A DNA stretch of 50,901 bases from Acutalibacteraceae bacterium. Lineage in GTDB: Bacteria > Bacillota > Clostridia > Oscillospirales > Acutalibacteraceae. The notes beneath the pieces are model-generated. The model saw nothing but the letters and a program-made list of their open reading frames with translations. It was not told where the DNA came from and did no database searches. The stretch lies in contig JAZSNQ010000152.1 in NCBI GenBank assembly GCA_045536515.1, positions 1-50,901 of the forward strand, in the 5' to 3' direction. The position numbers and the translations under genes are program-made. This document shows positions 20,255-31,100 of this stretch, in pieces (the stretch's first letter is position 1; each line of letters begins with the position of its first letter).

Positions 20255-21254
20255 TATCCCTGTAAGCAAAATGAATGATAAGCAGCTTCGTAATGCTGTT
20301 CAGTGGCTTTATGATGAACTGGCAATCTTCAAGCGTAAATACAATGATGCGATATACAATCTCGACAGTGAAAATCTCGGGAAGAGCTTTACAGTAACAC
20401 AAAACAACATGAAGACTCAACTGAAAATAGCGGCAGATGCAATTAAGTCTGCCGTTACAGAGGAAGATTTGGTGTCGGAGTTAACAAACTACTCTACTAT
20501 TTCGCAAACTGCACAGCAGATTGAGACTGCAGTAGAGAGCGTGAGTGATGATACCGATAACAAGCTGAGAAACTACTCTACTATTTCGCAAACTGCACAA
20601 CAGATCGAAACTGCAGTAGTGAGCATAAACAACGCCACTGATAACAAACTAAAAAATTATTCCACTGTCGAACAAACAGCACAGCAGATAGCATCTACGG
20701 TTACAAGTGAGTATGTCACTGAGTTAATCGGCGATGACCTTGTAACAAACGCCACGTTGCAGTCAAGTATAGCACAATCTGCAAGCGAGATATACGCAGA
20801 AGTTTCCAGTGTCTATGAAAAACAGGACGATGCTGAAGCGGCTTACGATAACTTGAACAGCAGTATATCTCGCATATCGGTTAAGGCTGATAGCGTGTCA
20901 TCAAGAGTTACAAATTTGGAAACATTCCAAGAAAGTACATTTACACAAACGGCGTATGGTTTCACGCTTGATGGTGAGCAGACTACATTTACAGGCGTTA
21001 TATATCTGACTGACGAGGACAACAATAAACGGTTTTCGTTTTTCTTTGACCCCGGCAGTCAGGGGTATGAACAAGTTTTTCTGCGTAACTGTGACGGTTC
21101 GATTGTACGACCGCTTGTGTTGGGAGACTCAGACGGGCAGGTTTACATTCAAAGTGCCGCAGACGGAAACCAAGTTGCAACACGGAACTGGGTGCTTGCA
21201 CAGGATTTCAGCACAGGTGGTACAGGCGGTACAGCGGTTGCCGTTTTCGGATAG
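20247..21254 (+). CDS. Tail needle/fibre-like coiled-coil protein with 28-aa repeats
   Basis: Repeated NYSTISQTAQQIETAV; C-terminal ATRNWV...AVFG. Confidence 0.7.
   Translation: MFDIPVSKMNDKQLRNAVQWLYDELAIFKRKYNDAIYNLDSENLGKSFTVTQNNMKTQLKIAADAIKSAVTEEDLVSELTNYSTISQTAQQIETAVESVSDDTDNKLRNYSTISQTAQQIETAVVSINNATDNKLKNYSTVEQTAQQIASTVTSEYVTELIGDDLVTNATLQSSIAQSASEIYAEVSSVYEKQDDAEAAYDNLNSSISRISVKADSVSSRVTNLETFQESTFTQTAYGFTLDGEQTTFTGVIYLTDEDNNKRFSFFFDPGSQGYEQVFLRNCDGSIVRPLVLGDSDGQVYIQSAADGNQVATRNWVLAQDFSTGGTGGTAVAVFG
20487..20700 (+). repeat. 84-bp tandem repeat, about 2.5 copies
   Basis: Units start at 20487, 20571, 20655. Confidence 0.85.
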
Positions 21255-21269
21255 GAGTGAGTTGCAGAC

Positions 21270-22643
21270 GTGGCGTACATAAATATTACAAACTCCAAGA
21301 ATTGTTTGCTATCCCTCGGCGGTTTATCTACGACCGGATGGGCTTACGGAGAACGAATATGTCGATGGTATTTGAAATCAGGCAACAGCCCCACAGAGAG
21401 TAGCTACGATTTTAAAGCGGAAGCAACAATTACAAGCAATTCGGCATCTTCAGGCGGCGCAGTCATATTCGGAAACTTGGCAGCAGGTGCTACATACTAC
21501 GTGCGTTGCTACGTTTATTGCGAAACGGACGCATGGATAGCGGCCGGAGGGAGTAAAAACACACCGATTTCTACGATTTCGACCCTATCAAACGGCGGCG
21601 TTGCGAAGTTCACAACAGAAGCAGCCGAGAGTGAAGCGTACATACAAGTTTCGGCATTGACTCTCACGAGCCAACGTGCCACTCTTTCGCTGCAAGGACT
21701 AAATACCCTGTGGTACGGAGGACAACGAACCTGCAACTGGTATATCAAAACAGGTGGATATCCGACAGAAAGCAATTATAGTTTCAAGAAAACAGCCACT
21801 ATTCAGGGTTCACCAAGCTCCGGCGGTGCTGTTGTATTTACCGGGCTTTCTCCGAACACGTTGTATTACTGTCGTTGTTATGTTTACTGCTACGCAAGTG
21901 ACTATTACGGTGACGATTTTCTCGCCATGTTACAAATCACTTTTACAACTCCTGCATCGTCTGCACCGGAAATCACGTACATATTCGCAGAACAGGATTC
22001 GCTGGGATCGCTTGATTTTTGGGTTGATATAGCAGGGAATAACCTTGACGGAGCAGAGTATCAGGTAATTGTAGGTGGCGTTGTTAAAAGCTCAGGCACT
22101 TTGACAGATGACTCTTGGTCTTTTTGGATTCGCGGTGGGGAATACACGACTTACACCATTACCGTTACTGTTACAGCTAACGGGTTGTCAGATACAGCAA
22201 ATACAACGATTACACTTGAAGAAAACAGCAACCCTGTAATACCTAAATGGAGTTGGTCCGTTTCAAATGGAGGTGCAACTGACAGGCAAACACAGGATGC
22301 ATATAATGCCCTCATTAAGCTCCCCGGTTATTCGGTCGATGATTTCAGCCATCTTGTGTGGAATGATATGGTAGATAAAGTTTGTGCCGCTTATGATGTA
22401 GACGGCCGCAGTTGGTATCAGAGCGGTACAAGTTATCCGCTTATATATGCAGCAACATTGATGAGTGCCAACGACAGAACGCTGACAGCAGATCGGTTTA
22501 ATGCACTTCGGCGCAACATCGTGCGTGGTTCCGGCTACGGTATGAGTAATCCGGGGGCTGTATCACCGGGAGAAACGGTGTTCGGTGACTTCTTTTTGAC
22601 CTTTGCGATTTACATAAATGACTGGATTAACGATATAAGCTAA
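21270..22643 (+). CDS. Putative tail/receptor-binding protein with duplicated Fn3-like domains
   Basis: Two copies of C.WY.K.G..PTES.Y.FK..ATI...SSGGAV.F..L....YY.RCYVYC. Confidence 0.7.
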   Translation: MAYINITNSKNCLLSLGGLSTTGWAYGERICRWYLKSGNSPTESSYDFKAEATITSNSASSGGAVIFGNLAAGATYYVRCYVYCETDAWIAAGGSKNTPISTISTLSNGGVAKFTTEAAESEAYIQVSALTLTSQRATLSLQGLNTLWYGGQRTCNWYIKTGGYPTESNYSFKKTATIQGSPSSGGAVVFTGLSPNTLYYCRCYVYCYASDYYGDDFLAMLQITFTTPASSAPEITYIFAEQDSLGSLDFWVDIAGNNLDGAEYQVIVGGVVKSSGTLTDDSWSFWIRGGEYTTYTITVTVTANGLSDTANTTITLEENSNPVIPKWSWSVSNGGATDRQTQDAYNALIKLPGYSVDDFSHLVWNDMVDKVCAAYDVDGRSWYQSGTSYPLIYAATLMSANDRTLTADRFNALRRNIVRGSGYGMSNPGAVSPGETVFGDFFLTFAIYINDWINDIS

Positions 22644-22675
22644 TAAAAACATAAAAAAAAGAGGAGAGATTTAAA

Positions 22676-22990
22676 ATGCTTGCAAGATTTAAAAACGGGC
22701 AGATCATGGCGTGTGCAGCGCCAACAGAACAGAGGTTGTTTAAGGCAGGTGAGCCGGCCGGCTGGATGCTTGTGCTTGTTCTTCTGGAGATGCTCACCTC
22801 GGCTGAGGTCGATGCTCTGCTTGAATCCGATAACTTCTCAATCGTTGAGTTTTCGGAAACAGACAACGCAGAAGCGTTCAGTGCTGCATTCAGCGTTGAG
22901 GGCTATGACAAAGTTACATCGGCGATAATCAGACACGCTTCCGGTGAAAGAGCAGGAAGAGTGGAAATCCAATTAACAAAAGGGGTGTAG
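22676..22990 (+). CDS. Hypothetical tail-region protein
   Basis: GAGGAG RBS. Confidence 0.7.
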   Translation: MLARFKNGQIMACAAPTEQRLFKAGEPAGWMLVLVLLEMLTSAEVDALLESDNFSIVEFSETDNAEAFSAAFSVEGYDKVTSAIIRHASGERAGRVEIQLTKGV

Positions 22991-22996
22991 AAATCA

Positions 22997-23302
22997 ATGG
23001 ATAAGTTTGAAAACGCAGCAAGAGGATTTAATTTCGTGTACGAAAAGGAGCTTGAAGCTAATGAGACTGTAATCGTAGCGATGCCCCCTGTTACGCCCAA
23101 CAAAATGGGTATAAACGACATCGGTTGGCAGACTGACGGCGATGCTACGCTTTACGGAACATTGTCAAGTGACCCGGAAAGCGAAAAAGCTCTTTGGCAG
23201 GAAATCAAAGAAAACGATACAGTCAACAAGACTGTTACTGCTATTAAAGTTGTAAATGGCGGTGCTGCTTGCAATATTGCAATCAGAGTAATTATGTGTT
23301 AG
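22997..23302 (+). CDS. Hypothetical tail-region protein
   Basis: Operonic, 101 aa. Confidence 0.7.
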   Translation: MDKFENAARGFNFVYEKELEANETVIVAMPPVTPNKMGINDIGWQTDGDATLYGTLSSDPESEKALWQEIKENDTVNKTVTAIKVVNGGAACNIAIRVIMC

Positions 23303-23314
23303 GCGGGGGTTTCA

Positions 23315-24640
23315 ATGAAAGGTAATGTTTCAAAAGTAAAGGGTGCTGCCGGGCAATCCTCTACGGTAGACGAGAGTAAGCTTATCCCTAAAACCGTATC
23401 GGGAAGCTTTATATCGGTAGACGATGTAAGCGAAATACCGCATAACGTGGAGTGCAAGGTTGAGAGCGTGAATTTGTGTCCCGAGGAGGTTTATTCAGGT
23501 TATTACCTTGATGCTAATGGCGTAACACAAGGTGCAAACGCAGGCTTTCTTCGTTTAGCACCGTTGAAAGTTGAACCGTCAACAGCATATACATTTTCTA
23601 CAAATTTGAAGATATATACAGCTTGGTTTTTCAATGAGGACGGTGGCATTGAGCGCGTTGGACTGCTAAGTAATAGGGCAGAGTATTCTTTCACTACGCC
23701 CGACAATTGTACGGAATTAAGAATAACACTTCATAACACAAGCGGGGCAGCTGATACAACAGCGTTTGAATATGCAATGCTCAACCGTGGCACCGAAGCA
23801 CTCCCCTACACGCCATACGTTGAACCCGAAAGCGTGAGCGTGACAAAACACGGAGTTGACGCAAGTGAAGGTTATCAGACACTCACGCCAAACGTAGACG
23901 GAACAGTTGAGGGAATGACAAGTGTATCACCGTATATGGATATATTTATCGATACTGAGGGCGTGAATATTGAGGCAACGTACAACAAGTCGTGGGGTAT
24001 GCAGACGGAATACGACAGGTTTTGGGACAGCTACCAGAGCAACGGAGAGAAAACGGCCTATAATTATGCTTTTTCTTATGCTCACTGGAACGATGAAACA
24101 TACAAGCCCAAATATAAACCGACACCTGTCAATGCAAGTTATATGTTCACCAATACGAGGATAACAGACACAAAGATAGATGTTGACTTCTCAAACGCAA
24201 CAAATATGAACTATTGCTTTTTAGGTGCATATTATGTTAAGCACATCGGCACGGTGGACACGAGAAAGGCGAAAAACTCAATAACACAGTTGTTTGCTTA
24301 TTGCAGAGCGTTGAAAACAATAGATAAATTGATACTACTTGACGATGGCTCGCAGACGTTCTCAAGTTTCTTTTTAGAGAACAACGCCTTACAGAACATC
24401 GTCATTGAGGGCGTTATCGGTAATAGCATAAGCTTTCAATATTCTCCGCTTTCAAAAGAAAGCATTACAAGTGTTGTAAATTCTCTTTCTTCTACCGCAA
24501 GTGGAAAAACCGCAACATTCAAACTTAGTGCTGTAAACACCGCCTTTGAAACGGCACCGGGCGTGGCGGACGGAAGCACGTCAGAAGAATTTGCAGCACT
24601 TGCCGCAACTAAAACAAACTGGACTATAACAATGGTATAA
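23315..24640 (+). CDS. Putative adhesin: carbohydrate-binding-like domain plus BspA/LRR-like repeats
   Basis: KVEPSTAYTFS..FTTPDNC..LRI..PYTPY, then SYMF/MNYCF/LFAYC repeats. Confidence 0.65.
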   Translation: MKGNVSKVKGAAGQSSTVDESKLIPKTVSGSFISVDDVSEIPHNVECKVESVNLCPEEVYSGYYLDANGVTQGANAGFLRLAPLKVEPSTAYTFSTNLKIYTAWFFNEDGGIERVGLLSNRAEYSFTTPDNCTELRITLHNTSGAADTTAFEYAMLNRGTEALPYTPYVEPESVSVTKHGVDASEGYQTLTPNVDGTVEGMTSVSPYMDIFIDTEGVNIEATYNKSWGMQTEYDRFWDSYQSNGEKTAYNYAFSYAHWNDETYKPKYKPTPVNASYMFTNTRITDTKIDVDFSNATNMNYCFLGAYYVKHIGTVDTRKAKNSITQLFAYCRALKTIDKLILLDDGSQTFSSFFLENNALQNIVIEGVIGNSISFQYSPLSKESITSVVNSLSSTASGKTATFKLSAVNTAFETAPGVADGSTSEEFAALAATKTNWTITMV

Positions 24641-24643
24641 GGA

Positions 24644-24916
24644 GTGATTACAATGGAGTATGTAATATTTGCAGTAGCAAGCGAAGGTCACTTTGCTAAC
24701 ATAGGCGATACACATGGTCGGTCAATCAAGATTGTCAATACCGATGAAATCAACGAATTTCTTGCTTCTGCGGTCGGTGCGAAGGAAATTACCGACGAGG
24801 AATATTATGAGCTGTTCCCTGATGAAAGACCTGTTGAAGTGACAGAGGAAACCGAAACGACTACCGAGAATGAGGAGAACAACTTACAGACGTTGCTTGG
24901 TGCAGAAAAGGAGTGA
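24644..24916 (+). CDS. Hypothetical acidic protein
   Basis: AAGGAG RBS. Confidence 0.65.
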   Translation: MITMEYVIFAVASEGHFANIGDTHGRSIKIVNTDEINEFLASAVGAKEITDEEYYELFPDERPVEVTEETETTTENEENNLQTLLGAEKE

Positions 24917-24923
24917 ACAAACA

Positions 24924-25208
24924 ATGCCGGATTTAACACCTGCTGCTACACTAATAACCGAGATAGGCATTTTAATAGCAGCACTCGCCCCTTGCATTGC
25001 GGTTATCATCTGCCTCGTAAACGGTATGCGTTGTTTACTCAGAGATGCAATGCACCGCATATACTACCGCAATAAAGACAATGAGAAAATCAGGCAGTAC
25101 GAAAAAGAAAACTTTGTATTCCTCTATAAAGCGTATAAAGCTCTCAAAGGCAATTCGTTTATAGATGACATTTACAAAGAGGTTAGAACTTGGGAAGTCG
25201 TAACATAA
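24924..25208 (+). CDS. Holin-like membrane protein
   Basis: One TM helix, YKALKGNSFID motif, upstream of endolysin. Confidence 0.65.
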   Translation: MPDLTPAATLITEIGILIAALAPCIAVIICLVNGMRCLLRDAMHRIYYRNKDNEKIRQYEKENFVFLYKAYKALKGNSFIDDIYKEVRTWEVVT

Positions 25209-25221
25209 AGGAGTTGGTATT

Positions 25222-25944
25222 GTGAATAACAAGGATTTTGTAAAAATAGCTAAAAACATAGCAGAAAATTATAAAACTGCTTATGTTTGGGGCGCATTCG
25301 GTTTGGTGGCAAATGCTTCAAATATGCAGCGGATGATAAACCAGTATTCCAAAAACAACAAATACCTTGCAAAAGCAAAACTGATTTACGGCAACGGTTA
25401 TTTTTTTGACTGCGTAGGTCTGATTAAGAGTATTTTGTGGGGGTGGTGCGGCAACGCCTCTAAAACCTATGGCGGTGCGATATATACATCTAACGGCGTT
25501 CCGGATGTGTCAGCAAATCAGATGATTAACTACTGCAAGGATATTTCAACTGATTTCAAAAATATTGAGCCCGGTGAGGTCGTTTGGCTTCCGGGGCATA
25601 TTGGTATTTACATCGGCAACGGCAAGGTTGTGGAAGCAACACCTGATTGGTCGGGCGGCGTTCAGATTTCAGACATCAGTGCAAACGGTAAACGCACAAA
25701 GAACGGCTCAGGTAGCGCTTGTTGGACAAAGCACGGCAAACTGCCATACATCACATACGATAAGGCGGCAGCAAAGAAGCTTGAATCGGGTAATGACATC
25801 GTGTGGGAGCTTATGAACGGCAAACACAAAATTGAGATTACCGAGGTTCAGAGGGCTGTCAAGGCTTTGGATAAGGCGAAAAGCAATCCTGAGTTTATGT
25901 CGCTCTACTGGATTCTGTATAAGTTGGTGAACGGCAATGGATAA
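25222..25944 (+). CDS. Endolysin, NlpC/P60-like peptidoglycan hydrolase
   Basis: YVWG, FDCVGLIK (Cys), GHIGIYIG (His), WTKHGKLPYI. Confidence 0.85.
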   Translation: MNNKDFVKIAKNIAENYKTAYVWGAFGLVANASNMQRMINQYSKNNKYLAKAKLIYGNGYFFDCVGLIKSILWGWCGNASKTYGGAIYTSNGVPDVSANQMINYCKDISTDFKNIEPGEVVWLPGHIGIYIGNGKVVEATPDWSGGVQISDISANGKRTKNGSGSACWTKHGKLPYITYDKAAAKKLESGNDIVWELMNGKHKIEITEVQRAVKALDKAKSNPEFMSLYWILYKLVNGNG

Positions 25945-26161
25945 AAAGAAGAAAACAAGCGTTTTTAGCAAGGTTATTGTGTCTGTGGTAATCGGTCTGA
26001 ATGTACTTTTTACCGTTGCAGTGTTGATAATCTTTCTTAAAACATCATGCGAACCGACAGGCTTAATCGCTGCTTGGTTCTCGTTCACAACGGTTGAGCT
26101 TTGGAGCTTAGCCGGAATCAAGAAGGCTAAAGAGAAAAAGGAGAATCATTATGATTGTTGA
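25937..26161 (+). CDS. Two-TM lysis-cassette protein
   Basis: FSK...EPTGLIAAWFSFTTVEL..LAGIK. Confidence 0.7.
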   Translation: MDKKKKTSVFSKVIVSVVIGLNVLFTVAVLIIFLKTSCEPTGLIAAWFSFTTVELWSLAGIKKAKEKKENHYDC

Positions 26162-26450
26162 TATTCTTTTAGGTGCTGTTGCACCTCTTATTCTACTCAT
26201 TGTGGCCGGCTACTTAATTAAGACTTTTCGCAACAACGAAGTTATTAAGTGGGTCGGTATCGCTGTAAAAGCTGCCGAACAGATTTATAAGGCATCAGGT
26301 CAGGGTAAAGAGAAATTCGCTTATGTTGCGGATTGGATTTCCTCAAAATTCAAAATCCCTAAAGAGGATTTGAAAAACCTGATTGAAAGTGCTGTTTATG
26401 AACTTAACAAGGCCGTAAAAGATACCGAACAGAAGGAGCGATTGAAATGA
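26151..26450 (+). CDS. Holin, LL-H-like
   Basis: TM then AVKAAEQIY..GQGKEK...LIESAV. Confidence 0.8.
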   Translation: MIVDILLGAVAPLILLIVAGYLIKTFRNNEVIKWVGIAVKAAEQIYKASGQGKEKFAYVADWISSKFKIPKEDLKNLIESAVYELNKAVKDTEQKERLK

Positions 26451-26517
26451 GAAATGCATAAATTACAGGAACGATTTCCTCGAAGTAAGAAAAAGTTAAA
26501 AAGGAGTGAAAACGGCT

Positions 26518-28146
26518 ATGGCGTATAATCCATATTCTGCGGTTAATGCGATATACAAGCTGAAAGGTCAGTGGGATAGTGCAAATAACGCAGGTGATAC
26601 GGCTACAAAAAATAGCGTTGCTGCGAAAGCACAGCAATACTATGCACAGTTAAGAAGCAACGGCTATGGTGATATTGCCGATCAACTCACCGCTTCTAAC
26701 TATACACAGGCGAAAGCCATAAATGATAAATGGGCGAAAATGGGAAAAACCTCAACACGAGATTACCTGTACTCTTTGGGACAGTCAAAAGGTATGTCAC
26801 AGAGTGATGTTGATAAGCTGATAAGTTGGGACAACCTTACAGGTGAGGTCTCTTTCGGCGGCAAGAAAATAGGTACTCCCGATTCAGTTGTTGACGGTGT
26901 TTCCTATTGGTCCGACACATCGGTTCTCGATAACGCTTTTAATGATTATCTCAACAGAAGCGGTACAGTCCGGTCGAGTTCTACAGCGGTTAATCAGGAG
27001 AATGAAAAACTGTTTGCAAAGTATAATCAGGAATATGAGGATCTGAAAAACACAAATCCTTTTGAAACTGAAACAGGCAAGGCAATTCTTGCAAAATATG
27101 ACCTCGCAGGGTTGCAAGGCAGAGATAATGAGGTAGCAAGCGGCGCAGGTTCTAACGGCGGGAACATAGACAGCTTTGCCGCTGCAAATGCACTTCGACA
27201 GCAGTCCTCACTTATCAATCAGGGACAAATGGTAGCACTCGAAGCGCATCAGCAGAAGTTGGATCACGCAAGGGCGTTGCTTTCTGATATGGGTGTGAAC
27301 ATCGACAGAGTGTTTAATCAGGATGAAACCTCTAAAAATAATGACGTTGCAAGAAAGTCAGAGATTGCATCTGTTACAGGCTATGCGCCTGCTGAATGGT
27401 CTGCATTAAGCAACCCTTATTTGAACGAGGATGGCACACTTAAGGACGAATACAAGGATGTTGACTTTGCTGCTGTTATGGCTAATGCAAAGGCCGCAGG
27501 TAATACCGAAGCATATAATGCGGCGGCAGTTGCACGATATTACAAAATTATGGGTAATTACGGAGCATACGGAAAGTATGATGACGGCAATTACATTGTG
27601 CCGGGACTAAAGCAGACCGAAGCTGCAAGACAGTTTGATGAACAGATTGCGGCATCTGACAGAGCATTAAACGCTGAAACAGCTATGAGTGCTACGAAGA
27701 ACTCTGCAAGCAAAACAAAATCAGGCGGTACAACAACTGCAAAACCTTCTTTGACCGCAAGCCAAGCGGCTACAGCCATTAAAAACGGCGAGATTTCACA
27801 GTCTGTTATTGACGCCTACAACTATCATTACGGCACAAGTTACACTGTCGCCAATCCCCCAAAATTGGGCGGTACGAATGCGCCATTGAGCGAAAGCGAA
27901 GTAACGTCTTGGGTTAATTATCTGAACAAAACAGTATCAGACAAATACGGCACAGAATACAAAGCTTTGAAAGAAGCAGGTAAAAACAAATATGAACGAG
28001 CCGATATTGATGCAGATTATATCATTATCAAGGTGTTTGAATCTGACGATTTAACACAGGAGCAAAAAGAGTATCTGTTGTATGATAAGTTCGGGATTAC
28101 CGAAGATCAGGTAAACACAGCAATGAAAGACCCACATTACAGATAA
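26518..28146 (+). CDS. Putative internal virion / ejection protein
   Basis: A/N/Q/S-rich helical 542 aa directly before giant protein. Confidence 0.6.
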   Translation: MAYNPYSAVNAIYKLKGQWDSANNAGDTATKNSVAAKAQQYYAQLRSNGYGDIADQLTASNYTQAKAINDKWAKMGKTSTRDYLYSLGQSKGMSQSDVDKLISWDNLTGEVSFGGKKIGTPDSVVDGVSYWSDTSVLDNAFNDYLNRSGTVRSSSTAVNQENEKLFAKYNQEYEDLKNTNPFETETGKAILAKYDLAGLQGRDNEVASGAGSNGGNIDSFAAANALRQQSSLINQGQMVALEAHQQKLDHARALLSDMGVNIDRVFNQDETSKNNDVARKSEIASVTGYAPAEWSALSNPYLNEDGTLKDEYKDVDFAAVMANAKAAGNTEAYNAAAVARYYKIMGNYGAYGKYDDGNYIVPGLKQTEAARQFDEQIAASDRALNAETAMSATKNSASKTKSGGTTTAKPSLTASQAATAIKNGEISQSVIDAYNYHYGTSYTVANPPKLGGTNAPLSESEVTSWVNYLNKTVSDKYGTEYKALKEAGKNKYERADIDADYIIIKVFESDDLTQEQKEYLLYDKFGITEDQVNTAMKDPHYR

Positions 28147-28161
28147 GGAGAGCGATACAAT

Positions 28162-31100
28162 ATGGCAAATTGGAAAGAAAGTGCGAAAAAAAGTCTTGAA
28201 AATAGAACTGCAAATAATTCTACGCCTACTGTATCTGCCCCGAGTACACCTGCGGATGCTTCAAAATCACCAACTACCGGGGTGACAAATCCCGGTAGTT
28301 GGCAAGACAGTGCCAAAAGTAGCCTTGAATCAAGGGGCTATATTGCACCTGAAAACCGTTTGTATGAATTGAAACTCAACAACGGTAAGAATTTCGGCAT
28401 AGTCAGCTATGGAGCTTACAACGCTGTTAAAAATAATAAGCTTGACGATTACACCCCTAAAAACGAGGAAGAGAGAAAAGCTCTTGACGATTTCAAGGTA
28501 TACGCAGCAGAAGTGACCAAAGAGGCGGAAGCGGCTGCAAAACAAAAAAGAATCGACAGCAACCCTGTGTTCAAGAGGTACAACATTGACCCTGCGAACT
28601 TTAACCAACAGGATTTTCTTGACTGGCTTGAAAATAACAACATGCAGTTATATGACGCAGACAATTCAGGGCTGCACTATGGCTCTAAAGTTAAGGGTGG
28701 TTTTTTAGGTTTTGGCGGTAAAAAGCTTGCTACTCAGCAGCAAATCGAGGATGCCGATGTTCTATACGAGCTTCAAGCAAATAACTACAGAACCGAATTA
28801 GCACAGAGCGACAAAGGTGCTTTTTGGTCGGCTGTGGGCGGCTTGGCAGACGGTTTGTTCTTCGGTGGCTTGACAGCCTTTGGCGACCATATGGCGAAAT
28901 CAGATTATGAAAAAGCAGGATTAGACCCTGAAAGCTACGTCAGTCCTACACAAGCTTGGGCTAAAACAAAATCGGAAAACGCTGTTGCACATTTTGCAGG
29001 CGATTTAGCAGGTTCGGTTGTTACATTAGGACCTTTAAGCAAGGGAGTCAGCGCAGCGACAAAGGGCGTAGGTTGGATTGCAAATAGTCCGCAGTGGGTA
29101 CAAAGTGCCATTAACAGTGGTATTACTTTTGCTGTTGCAGGTGGCGCGGAAACAGCTTTTGACGGTGGCGATCTGAAAGATGTACTGATAAGCACAGGTG
29201 TAAATTTTGTAGGCGGTGCGGTTGGCGGTTCTTTAAGTAGCAAAGTCGGCACGCTCGGGGAAAGAATCCTGTTCAACAAAGGTTTGCAGCATAAAATAAT
29301 TCCCGAGATGATACGCAACGGCTTTTCTTCTGCTGCCTTTGCAGGTGGTAAGGTTGCATCTACCTATTTCCTTTATCCTGAAGAATACAGACCTACTGCG
29401 GAAGAAATGGCAAAGGATATTGGCGTAGCCTTTGCGTTTGGCGCTATTTCATCAGGTATAAACACGATGAAAGCATCAGCACAAAACAAAAAATATCTTG
29501 ATGACCTATATCAGAAGATGGCATCAGATTATGAAAGTATGGCGAAAGCCAACATCAACGGTAAAAGCGATATATCCGGCATTCGTAAGTTTGCAAAAAA
29601 TGTTGTCGGTTACAGTAACGCTATGGAAGCGTACTTAACAGGCAAAGAATTTAATGCAGCAATAGACGGAAACACGTACACATTCACGCCGAACAAGGTT
29701 CGTTTGGTCGGTCAGGATAAGTATGTTAAGTCAATCCTTTCAGAATTACAGACTATCCGAAATAACGCAAATGCCGTATTAAATGGTGTTGGTACTCCTA
29801 CAACAGATTTGGCGACCACCACACCCGCAAGTGACAGTGCAACTACTCCGGCGGTTGTCCCCACTCTCCCGAGTGGTGGCGCTCCAACAGGCGATGCAAA
29901 CACTCCTGTACCGCCTATTGTTTCTGCGCCGCCTGTAAGCAGCACACCTATCATTGATACGAGCTCTCCGTCCGTCCCTGCTTCTGCATCAGGCGAATTA
30001 AGCGAGATAATGGGTGCAGGTGAAATCACAAAGTTTACACCTGAATCCGCAAGCGGTGAGATAAAGCGATTGGAAAATATCCTCATTGCAAAAGGTGCAG
30101 ACGATGTATCACGCCGAGAGATTGTTGATACAGCACTTGAAATTGAAAAAGCATTGGCCGGTAGCGATAAAACTATCCGAAGTGTTTTTAACAACATATC
30201 GAAAATCACAAGTGGCGCTGTTACGGAGATTAAAAACAAAGCAGGCATATCAACTGCATACTGGAAATTGTTCGGCGAAAACTTTAAGGCAATACCGTCA
30301 GGAAGCGTAACCGATAATGTTAAATTGATTACCGAGTATGTAAACGCCTACACAGAAGCTTTGAAAAACGGTAATCCCGAAAAATTTAAGGCCGCCGTTG
30401 TTTCCGCAGACGGTAAAGACCTGTCTGCAGAACTGCCGCAGACCATTATGCGGAATGTTATCCCTGCAAATGCTCAAAACGCAGGTGAATACAGGTTAGT
30501 TGCAACACAGACTAAAAACATTATCAGTGATGTCGATGTTCAGATCGCAAGTGAAAGAGCCGAGATATACGGTGCTGAATCCAATACAGGCGAAAAAACT
30601 GAAACAAGAGAAGTTACCAACAGTCAGGCAGATACCCTTGCTGCGAATGAGCAGGTGAAAGCCTCTGAAACCGATTCTGTGAAAGATGCACAGACGTACA
30701 ATGTTATAATATCCAACCTAAAAAGAAAAGGCGAAGAACTCGGGGTGTTGGATAGAGCTTTCTTCACACGTTTACAAGAGGTTGAGAACTTCTATAATCC
30801 TACCGCAAGCGACAGAGCTTTAATAAGTAGTGAATTTCAGAGAGTGTTTGCAGGTAACACAGACCCCCTCGTTGCGAATTGGCTTGACAGCATCAGTGTA
30901 GCTGCGCAGCCTGTAACGAGCATGAATGAGCAAAACATGCATGTTAGCACTGAAAATACCCCTGAAAATGCGGCGACCGTTGATGTGGATTCAGACGAGG
31001 GCGTTGCGGATGTTTATAAATTACTGGATGATCTCGGCTTGACGTACGCTGAGAAAGACGTTATACTTAAATATAAAGGTGTAGACAGTTATTTTATAAA

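Noticed and set aside
21270-24640. Diversity-generating retroelement targeting tail genes
   Set aside because: No reverse transcriptase in the window and no near-identical repeat pair differing only at adenines was seen.
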